Shown one piece after another: positions 25,341 through 36,901 of a stretch of 64,000 nt of DNA. Location: NCBI RefSeq assembly GCF_009914755.1, contig NC_060935.1. One strand, written 5' to 3'. Position 1 is the first letter of the stretch; each line of letters begins with the position of its first letter. The translations under genes were made by a program, and so were the position numbers. Under the pieces are notes generated by a model. That model was not told where the DNA came from, ran no database searches, and worked only from the letters and a program-made list of their open reading frames with translations. The DNA comes from the human T2T-CHM13v2.0 reference genome, Homo sapiens.

Positions 25341-26619
25341 CAGATCATGGCCAAGGTAAAGTGGCTCCAGGATGAAAAATCCCAGATCGTTCATGATTTT
25401 AGGTCTCTTGTAACTAATAAAAAAGTTTAAAAGTCACTTTAGGATGTAAACACAGCGTCAATTCAATCATTTAAATCTTTGGTCCCAGATAATAATTACA
25501 ATTCTAAACTTGATTAAATTTAAAATCTTCTCCCCTCCCACAACTAAATTAGAGCCTGCTATAGGCTGGCCACTTGCAGAGATTAAAGAAGCTGGTTCTT
25601 CTTCTCTTCTCTGTTCTTCTTTCTCTAGCTTGCGTTCCAGCTATTGACCCCTCTGGGACTGGTGATCAAGGAGCTTAGAAAGGAAAGAGGATAGGAGAGT
25701 CCTCATTTGACTGGTAATATTGTAAGATGGCTTCACACTTGCTGGGTCTGGCAGATGTTTAAAGTTGACTCACTTTGGGGTTTCTTTAGAGAACTGAATA
25801 TCACGGTGGTTTTTCACCTGCAGTTTCTCTGATCTGGGCAAATGCACACCATTCCTGCACTTCATTCCTCTTCAAGCTCTAGGGAATGGGGGACCCACTT
25901 CAGTTTCATTTTTGTGAGGGTCATTGTTCCTCTGATGTATGTAATGGAAAGGATCTAAGATGATTTCCATAGCGCCTCTCTATTGCATATCTACCACCCA
26001 CATCCAGGCCACAGGAAACATTCACACATTCCTTGTTCCCAAAACTGTGTGAATACATATCCAACCCATTATAGCAGCAATCCTCCTTCACTCTGCCTCC
26101 AAAACAGCATGCCAGCCCACCTCCAGCCTCTAGATTTTCCAGGGTGAAAGTCAAGTCACATCCACACTGATTCTCTAACTGCAAAGGAAACAGCACACTA
26201 TCCAAGTGATTCCAACGCAGCCTTACTTACTCAGCTTCTGCTAAGATTTGACACTCAACCCGCTTAGGGTAGGAGCTTGAGACTCACAGCACACCAGCAT
26301 CTCTTTCTTTAAAATCCTTTCATACCAAATCCTCTCTCAATTACTACTCTGTCTACCATTTTATGTACTTAATATAATTGATTCATCTAATCAGTTCTCT
26401 GCCATCTCTGCCACCTACTTTGAAATTTCTGCCAAGTAATCTCTTACAACTCACTGATAGTATTGCTGTCTTAGTTAACACATAGATTTTAACATCTTTT
26501 TGCATTAACATTCATTTCTCCACCTCTAACTTCTTCCTTTCTGAGAGAACACTGCCCATTTTGGATACTCGTTCCATCTCCAGGATCCTGACTGGTGTAC
26601 TCCAATCTTACTGTTTTAT

Positions 26620-27010
26620 TCCTCTTACTATAATGATTAAGTCAGGAATTAAGGCATAAGCTACTCAGGAAAGATTTTCCCTTGGTCTGTGGTTGGCTCA
26701 GGTTGAGCATATGTCCTAAATTAGCACAGTTATATCAAAGGGCAGGAGGCTCCCTCTCTCTTTCACGTGGGATGAGAAAGGAAGTATGTCACCCTAGCTG
26801 CTGCCAGCAGCCTTCTTGTGATCACAAGGAAAATCATCCTGAGGACAACATCAACCTGTGGAGAAGGCAAAGCTGAGTCCTGGAGCCCTTACCATGGTAT
26901 GGCTGGGATTGCTCTACCTTTAGACTTCATATTGTAAGAGAAAACAAACGTCCTTATTATTTTAGCCAATTTGACTGAGAGTTTCTGTAATCAGCAACCA
27001 GATGCTAGTG
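26620..27010 (+). mobile_element. Old MLT1 (MLT1K-like) LTR fragment
   Basis: GCTGCTGCCAGCAGCCTTCTTGTGATCAC..CTCTACCTTTAGACTTC..TTTTAGCCAATTTGA..TTTCTGTAATCAGCAACC. Confidence 0.5.
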
Positions 27011-27810
27011 ATTGTCCGTAGATTTCCTTGTCAGGTCACGAGCCCTGAACCATCACTGTGGAAATGGAAACATCTGGTAATTGAAAACACATGGTGATGG
27101 AAAACATTGTCATAGCACAGGTCAGTTGTTTCTTCCCTGGAACCGGAGGTAGAAGGACTTTCCAGGAACCATAGTACTCACTGTATTTTGGGGAAAGAAA
27201 AAGAGGTTAAGGAATGCCAGTAAGGCAAACACCCCCACTGAGACTATAGGCAAAAGATTTTAAAATAACTTTTGAAACCATTCTTTCTTGTGGGAAGGAG
27301 TTGGGCTGCAGTTTTAATGTCCCAGTTGCCTGGGACCTGATTAACAGCACCCGGACAATTAATGTTCTTTGAAATAATTGCTTCTCTTACATTGCAGAGG
27401 TCCACTATGCTTGATTATTTCCTTCCCAGAGAAATTTTTAACCTAAATTTTATTAATTTATGAGGCTAGTGGATTTATTTTAAAACCCTGAAAATGTATT
27501 TTATAGGAAAATATGAAATCAACACATGACCTTCTGAGCTTCATTTTTAATTGAATAAATGTCTTTATGGGAAGTTGCTGCTTCCCGCCAACAAGGCTCT
27601 TTAGTTAACCATTTTGTTTTTATTCCATTAGAGTATTTAATTCTATCCATTTGGTAAATTACCTATGCACTCTATGTGTTCCTGGGAAGCTCAGGATCTT
27701 TTTGTGGATATTTTAGGTGTTCACTGTGAAAAAATATGATCACACTATAAGAAATGACACTTTGCTTCTAGCTACCTGTGCTTCTAGTGTCAATGATAAA
27801 AATAGACAGG

Positions 27811-27871
27811 AATGAGATGGAGGATGGCATCATCTGTGTTATTCACAGATGATGCCATCCTCCGTCTCATT
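27811..27871. repeat. 28-bp near-perfect inverted repeat with a 5-nt loop
   Basis: AATGAGATGGAGGATGGCATCATCTGTG-TTATT-CACAGATGATGCCATCCTCCGTCTCATT; 27 of 28 Watson-Crick pairs. Confidence 0.95.
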
Positions 27872-28521
27872 AGAGAAATAATCAATAACTTTTGAATCTT
27901 GAATCTTCCCCCACACCTTCTACCACTTTAGTTCAGACTTTCATTATCTTGCTGGATTACTGCAAAGCTGCTGAAGTGGTATCTTAAATCTCCTGTCTTT
28001 CCTCTCTTCACTCCAGGCATCACACTATTTCCAGATAAATCTTAGAAATGGACAGCTTCCATTGTATCACTGTCTCACTCAAGAGCCTTCAGGGGCATTC
28101 CAGTGCTGGCCAAAATCAATGGCATGTGGGGCCCTGGTGATCCAGGGCCTTGCCATGCAACCCGAATACATTTTTACACTTTTCCCCTACTCTTTTCCTG
28201 CATGTATCCCATGATTCAATAAACTTGATTGTTTACTTTTTCCCAAATACCCCTCATACTCCCACTCCTCTAAGCTTTGGCTGTAATCTTTCTCTGATGT
28301 CATCTCCTCTAATGACTGTCTTCTGGTCTGTGCCTCCTGCCTGTGTACTCATTCTTCAGAGCTCATCTCCAGGTAAATAATTCCTTCCACACACATTTAT
28401 CAAGCACTCACTATAGGCTAGGTACAGGAGATAAAAAGATCAGAAAGGCCTGTCTCTGCCTTCAAAGGGCACATCACCTAATAGGGCAGTTTTCTGAACT
28501 TAACTAATCAGAAGGATCACC

Positions 28522-29535
28522 AAATGGGAGTGGCAGCAGTCACTATTACACCTAGTGATTGAATAATAAAGAAAAAAATCCCATATCACTTGTTAAAGAT
28601 AGTAAGAAATACTTTTTTCAAGAGGGACTATCACAATGAGGGTTTTACTATAGGGGAGAGAAATCAGGCTCAACAATGAATATAACAAGTTAAGATTTAT
28701 AGCCAAGGAGCAGGGCAGTGGTCAGTGGGTGGAAAATTACTAAGAAGCATCAAGGATAGAGGGATTTTGGCTAGACTGATTCAACAGGATTCTTACTGAC
28801 CAGGATGCTAAGATATTGGGGATGGGGCTGAGGAAGTTGGCCAGATATTGAGGGTGATCAGATACCAAGGGGATTTTCACTAAACTGACTCAGCAGTATT
28901 CTTGCTAAAACTGGACTAAGCAGGCCAAGAACAGAGCCAAAGGTCAGGGCCTAGTCAAAAAGAGGAATACAAAAGACCCTGACTCAAGTTTGGTCAAAAG
29001 AGAGGGTCTTTGTCAACACTAGCAAAACTTCTGCTTCCTGCTCCTCTGAGATCTTATGCTTCCCTTGTCTCGAGGTCTTAGTTCCAAGGGAAGAAATGCT
29101 TTTACCAGGAGACAGAACAATAATTCCAACGACTGGAAAGTTAACACTTCCATCTGGCCACTTTGTGCTCCTTATGCCTCTGAATCAACTGGCAAAGAAG
29201 GGAGCTACTGAAACGGTTTCAGTGATTGATCCAAGGGGAAATTGGACACAAAAGAAGTGAGGAAGAGTCTGTATGGAATACAGAAAATCCCTTAGTGTAT
29301 ATTCCCATACCCTGTAATTAAAGTCAATGGAAAACTACAACATTCCAATTCAGATGCGAATATTAACAGCCAGAATCTTCAGGAATGAAAGTTCAGGTCA
29401 TTCCACCAGGTAAAGAACCACAGCCAGCTGAGGTGCTTGCTAACAGCTAAAGGAATAAGGAATGGGTAGCAGAAAATAGAGTTATAAATACCAGATACAA
29501 CCATGTGACCAGTTTCAGAAATGAGTACTGTGACT
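28522..29535 (+). pseudogene. ERV-L internal fragment: decayed pol 3' end/dUTPase region, interrupted by MER31
   Basis: Translates in pieces to MGVAAVTITPSD / LAKLLLP..EVLVPREEMLLPGDRT..WKVNT..SGHFVLLMPLNQLAKKGAT..VIDP..PCPVIKVNGKLQ-like..PPGKEPQPAEVLA, matching the ERV-L post-integrase dUTPase region. Confidence 0.8.
28565..29015 (-). mobile_element. MER31 solo LTR
   Basis: Reverse complement begins TGACAAAGACCCTCTCTTTTGACCAAACTTGAGTCAGG; internal GATTTATAGCCAAGGAGCAGG..GGAAAATTACTAAG. Confidence 0.75.
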
Positions 29536-29857
29536 GTTAAGAAAAAAATATTAATATAGATGTATGTGTATATAATATATATAATAAATATATATTTATT
29601 ATGTATATTAAAATCACATAAGGGGCTTGCTAAAACACACAGATGCCTAGGCATCATCTCAGACCCACCAAATCTGAATCTTTAGAGAAAGCTAAGGAAT
29701 CAGCATTTTTAATAAGCACCTCATGTACTTCCTATGAATAGATAAGTTCCTTGTATGCTATAATGATAAGATATTGGTATCATTGGTAAGTGCTATAAAA
29801 GATAAATACACAGTAAAGAGAAGGTAGTAGTCATCAAAAAGTTCATGGGAGAAATGA

Positions 29858-30470
<613 letters not shown>

Positions 30471-30745
30471 ATTTATAGGCAGTTTATATTAGTATTGCTA
30501 AATTTTCCTTTGTCATTCTTCATCTTTGCCTCACTCATACAAGACCTCTTCACTTTCCCTCTCAACTTTTCCATTATCTAACACTATCTACCACTTAATC
30601 CAATAATATCAGTTTGTTTTCATCTTAGCTAGAGGTAATAGAGATAGAAAATAAGAGTGGCTTAAACAAAATAGAGGTTTATATGTTCTAAGCAGTCCAG
30701 TTCAGGTTTGGCAAATCTGCTCAGAAAAATCCTCAAGGAAACAGA

Positions 30746-30920
30746 GTTGAACTAATTTACACTCCCACCAACAGTGTAAAAGTTTTCCCATTTCTCCACA
30801 GCCTCACCAGCATCTGTTGTTTCCAGACTTTAATGATCACCATTCTAACTGGCGTGAGATGGTATCTCACTGTGGTTTTGGTTTGCATTTCTCTAATGAC
30901 CAGTGATGATTAGCTTTTTT
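30746..30920 (-). mobile_element. Isolated internal L1PA fragment (late ORF2)
   Basis: GTTGAACTAATTTACACTCCCACCAACAGTGTAAAAG..GAGATGGTATCTCACTGTGGTTTTG..TGACCAGTGATGA. Confidence 0.85.
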
Positions 30921-31639
30921 GAAGTCATCTCTTTCTCTCCCCCTTCTTTTCTAAATAAATCTGTGAACAGTAGCAATCTAGCATGTCACTCTAGTCAGAG
31001 TTCAACCCACGATGCCCAAACCGAGGTGTTAATCAGTATGATAGGAAACAGAGGCCCCCAACGCTGTGACCACACTAATGGTGCCACCCAATGGCTGTTG
31101 TGTAGGACTTCTCCACAAAATGGAAAAGTTGAAAGTAGTTGGAGAAAATGCACTATTCTGCCAGGAGGCAGTGTACCATTAGAATTGTTTATGTAACTAT
31201 TTAAAATGTTCCACAAGTTATACTATTGTCGTACAGAGTGTATCTTCTTTGCTTTAATATAGGAAGTTTCTGTAATTTGGGCTCACTTTCTACAGTACAG
31301 AATTCATAAATACCCCAATTATTTATTGCACATAACTACATAAGTACAGAAATTCTTAACAAAATGAGAGCTTAGCACATTAGAAGTTCACAAGTTGCTT
31401 AAGTTTCTAAGACATGGATTATAAGATTTTAATTATGACTTACTACTCTTTGAGATGTTTCCTAAGTTAATTCAAAGAGGGGGTTCCCATCATCTTGATC
31501 CTGATATCTATTTTTTTGTTCAATAAATATTTATTGAGCACTTGCTATGAGCCATGCACTGAACTAGCAGATTCATGGCAGTGAGCAAGTCCAGGGTAAT
31601 GCTGCCTTACTGGTGTGGGGGCTGACGTGGTGATCATAA

Positions 31640-32015
<376 letters not shown>

Positions 32016-32026
32016 TGTTTTTGTTT

Positions 32027-32030
<4 letters not shown>

Positions 32031-32080
<50 letters not shown>
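32031..32080. repeat. (TG)n microsatellite
   Basis: About 25 TG units. Confidence 0.95.
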
Positions 32081-32081
<1 letters not shown>

Positions 32082-34039
32082 TCTGGGCTGCCCTGGGGCT
32101 GGAAATTTGTTGTAAATCTGACTGGAGAGAGAAAGGGCTTTTATTTTTCTTTCTCTTTTAAGAGAATTGATAGCTGTGTAAGTGAATCACTGATCTGAGG
32201 ACTTGAGCTTAAGCCTCAATTGGTTTCACCAAGGTCACTGATCAGTTGCAGGGAAGCCAGTTCATGAAATCCCACATTTTGACTTCTCAAGATATTCACT
32301 TGACCTTGAAAACATTCTTGTTGATGCCATGTGGGTAGAAAACAAATAAAATATTTGAACAAAATGTTTGCATCAGTGACTCCAAATTGACACAAACTCT
32401 AGGTTGTCAGGGATGAGAAAGCTCTCTAAGGCTCATTTTATTTAGTGCCTGCAGGGTTTTGTTATTCTCTGCTAAAGGATGACAAGTAGAATGTTAATCA
32501 AAGAACTGACATCCTTCAATTTACTCTTTTCTCACTTTTTACCACATTCCTCTTTCTCCCACAACTCCTATTACCACTCCCACCAGTGCCAAAGAAGTGT
32601 AAATGAAAGGTTTCACAGTTTTTACATGAATAATGTGGGGGCAGATACTGTTACTTTCATCAACCACATTACAGCAAAGTCAAATTGTGTGCCCTTTTAT
32701 GTTAAATTTTGAACTTTTTAACACAAGAAAAAATCATTTTGATAAAGGTTAATGCCTCCTTAATATTTATACACTTGAATCATATTGAAAATGCTTTTAA
32801 AATTCTGAAATCTTGAATTAATATGACAATGTGCAAAGACTGTGTGACACCATTTGTAATTCATTAGCTTGTATTTTACAATATATTAGCATCAAATGTG
32901 AAATACTCTGTCATGGTCCTGGCAAGCCTGTGAGTTTCATCTTAGTCTGTTGTCTAGAACTTTAAGATTTTGACATGGATGTCCAGAGACAATTCCAAAT
33001 GATTCTTGCAGATCAGGAATAAGTTAATTTATCTGGAAACTTGCTAGGTATAATTCATTACCTTGAGAAACATGCTTACCTAGCAGCCATCCAGCATATG
33101 TTTGTCTAGTTTAGAGCAGATTTTGAACACCAGACTGCCATAATGTGAATGAATTGTGACATGATCCTGGTAAATTGCGGACAGCATCTGCTGTACTGCA
33201 CCTGGCACGTGTCCTTCTCCCATAGTGAGTCTGCAGATGATTAACGGTCCTTAAAATTCACATTATTTTGAAATAATGCCTGGATAACCCCACATGCATC
33301 GTTAACAGCTCCTGGAACAGATGGAAATCTAACAGTGTCATAGATTTCATAAGTTTGTTTTTTGCTGATGTTAAAACCCTCTGGAATATTTATTTTAATG
33401 ACCTGTTCTTCTGGGAATCTGAAAAGTAATCTCTGACTGACAGACACACACAGTGTCTGAAATGTAGTAATTTAATGGCTAAATTTAGTTTGACTATCCC
33501 TTCAACTATTTAAGTCTTAGTTATTAAAAAATTCCCAAATCGTCAGACATCCTTTGACATCATAGAGCATTCAGAGTTCCTCTGAGCTTGAATACTTTTG
33601 TAGGGAGCATAGCACAGAGTTTATGTTTAAAAATATTTATAAGGATGTTTCTGGTTTTATTAATAAAGAGAAAGCTGAACTGTCTGAATTTTAGAATTGA
33701 CGGAGTTGCTTCATGTTTATTATTAATCTCTGTGACTGATCTAGAGCTGTACTATATTTTTGACCCATTGTGTAGTGTGTACACTCAAGTATATGTCTGT
33801 GTGTGTGTGCACATGTGTACAGATCTTTATGGGACAAGGCAAACACATTAGTGAAAGCCCAAGCATGGCCTTGTCTTTGTGATCATTATTGTCTGCACAA
33901 TTCAACTTGGTTTTGCTTCCTCCTTCAAGCATTGACAGACAACTTTGCTCTCAGCCTCATCCTGCCACGCTGCTTCATCGCTCCAGTACCGTGTCAGGAA
34001 GTGCTAATTTCTCCCTCCCCATGTATGGTAATAAAACAG

Positions 34040-34330
34040 TAGCTTTTAGCTAGATACACCGTTGTTCATGCAAAAATTCCATTTTCCAGTCTTCTTGCAG
34101 CTACATGTGGTCAAATTACCTCATTTAGAGAATAAGACATAAATGGAATTTCATGGAGTGCATGCACTGTCCCTCTTGGACCCTTTCCATAACCTGCTGC
34201 CTGGAACACACCAGCTCAACACCTTGGGCTCCAGCAGCCATCTTGTGCAAATGTTGAGTGAGGTCCACACAGTAAACAAGAAGGAGCCTGGTTCTCTGAC
34301 AACTAGGGGACCTCACGAGTCTGCCTATCT
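34040..34330 (+). mobile_element. Old MLT1 (MLT1J-like) LTR fragment
   Basis: CATTTTCCAGTCTTCTTGCAGCTACATGTGGTCA..CAGCAGCCATCTTG..AAGAAGGAGCCTGGTTCTCTGA. Confidence 0.55.
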
Positions 34331-35894
34331 TTTGTTGTTTCATTTTTCTTGAAGCTTTATTCTGTACACAGATAGTCTCTAGAGCAATATTTTCTAAATG
34401 ATACGCAGCTTCTTAATGCCTTTCTCTGACTAGATGTAATTGTTCCAGCCTCAAATTACCCAAATGGATTCCTATGTATTCTGAACCTACCTTGGCACTG
34501 CTCTTAACACCGGTCATGCTTTTTGATTTTTCTAAGAGAATACAGGGTAGTCTATCCGTATTCTTTCTATGTTTAAACACTATTTATAGGAATTCTAAAA
34601 GTTGTAAAATATGCCACATCAGTATTGAGGAAATTTGGTGCAATGAAGTTATCTTACAGATCACTGAACCTGCCCATATCATTTTACAGATGAAAGAAAT
34701 GGGACTCAGAGGATAAGTGATTTAACCAGTGTCACACCATTGGTTTGGCAGAATTTGGGGTCCTAGGCCTTCTGGTGCTTTTTCGAACATTGTACCATTA
34801 CTCCACATTGTTCCATATCTCATTTACCACACACTGCCTAGGTCTTCCTCTCATGGCCTGAACTATCATCTCCTTTGAGACTTTGAGGGGCCAGAAAATT
34901 CATGCTATAACCTTTTGCCCTTGCACATTAGCCATGTGATCCATATAATGATGAGGCAGTTATAATCAAATTCCAGGAAATATGAAAGTGCCATTGAAAA
35001 ATGTCAGGAGATTTTAACAGATCCTGTGCTTGATGGGAACAAGTGTTCTTCTTGAATCTTGTACAACAACTCATTTTCATCAAAGAACAAATAATCCTAC
35101 CACTGCAGTAGTTGAAATGAAAACAGAGAGAGGAAGCCATGATAAAAGAGTGACAATAAGTCCTTGTAGATGGCTGTTAAACATCATCCAGATAATTCTG
35201 GTATTCTATTTTTCTATCACAAGGTTTTTCTTTTCTCTTCCTTTTAGTAATCCCTTTTCTGAAGCTGTTCAAACCTCATTAAGTTGTCATGTTGTCATGG
35301 TAGCCTCATCTCGAAATGTGAATTAACTATATACTGACCTGAAGGAAAATGATTTTCTTATGAAGTTATATGCCAATACTGCTAGAGAAGAGATATACAC
35401 TATTTTGAAAACTCTCAGCAATAAAATTCTGTTAATCGTGGTGCTGTAAAGCTTTGAAGTATATCTTTATGTTAATGTTGAGAATATTTTTTAAATTCTA
35501 AATGGCTTTTTTCAACTGTAGCAATTTCACTGGAATGCTAGAGTTCTACAGTAGTGACTATCATCCTTTAATTAAGTTGGTTTTCAGAGTTAGGTATACA
35601 GGGATATATGTTCTAGTTTGGTGTACCATAAAACATATTTTGGGCTTTTTTCACTTAAGTTCAGAAACGCAAGGGCAGGCCTGTAAAGGATTATTTCCTC
35701 TTAGGCCAAGAATGGCAAATGGTTTTCTTCTGAGGACCCAAATCTTATATGCCTAAAACTGGATTCTGGGAAGTATTGAGTCTGTCTCCAGGCTCCAGAG
35801 AGAGAGAGTTCTTATCAATTAGTAATGTCTCCCACAGAGAAAAAAAAACAGTGAGGTAGCACCCATGTGGCGCATTTACTCTCACCAAAAGATT

Positions 35895-36097
35895 GTCCTC
35901 ATTGTCCCTTTGTTTTCTTTCTTTTTGTTTCAATTTTAAATTTTATAAGACATATATAAATACATATATATCTTTTTGACTATATATATATATAGTCCTC
36001 ATTGTCCCTTTGTTTTCTTTCTTTTTGTTTCAATTTTAAATTTTATAAGACATATATAAATATATATATATATATCTCTTTTTGACTATATATATAT
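35895..36097. repeat. 100-bp direct tandem duplication with (TA)n
   Basis: GTCCTCATTGTCCCTTTGTTTTC..ATAAGACATATATAAATA starts at both 35895 and 35995. Confidence 0.95.
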
Positions 36098-36338
36098 TTT
36101 TTATATATATATAGTCATGTGTGTGTGTGTGTCTGTGTGTGTGTGTATGTGCAGGCAAAAATACTCAATTTCTTATAGACCTGGCCTTGCATTTCTGAAC
36201 ATATGTGTGTGTGTGTGTGTGTGTGTGTATACATATGTAGTTAGTCAAATAGTTTTAAAAGGCTTATAATGAAAACCAGTAGTTACCTGATCTACCTTCC
36301 CTGCCCCACATTTTCACTCCCAAAGGTAACCATTTTGA

Positions 36339-36722
<384 letters not shown>

Positions 36723-36828
36723 TAGTTCATGTTGATGCTAAACTTCCAAGAACAATGGTTAAAAATGTGGGGCAGAACTGTCCTAAAAAAAGAAACAAAT
36801 TCTACCACTACTTTCCCTGCTAATGCTG

Positions 36829-36901
36829 TTAGGTTGGTGCAAAAGTAATTGCGGTCTTTTTCATTAAAAGTAAAAACTGCAATTATTTTTGCACCAACCC
36901 A
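36829..36901. mobile_element. MADE1 (Hsmar1-derived MITE), miR-548-type hairpin
   Basis: TTAGGTTGGTGCAAAAGTAATTGCGG..ACTGCAATTATTTTTGCACCAACC mariner terminal inverted repeats. Confidence 0.92.

Larger units (their letters stand above)
28487..29750. mobile_element. MER117/MER5-group hAT MITE split by an ERVL fragment
   Basis: Left part CAGTTTTCTGAACTT..GGATCACC; right part AATCACATAAGGGGCTTGCTAAAACACACAGATGCC..TTTTTAATAAGCACCTCA. Confidence 0.55.
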
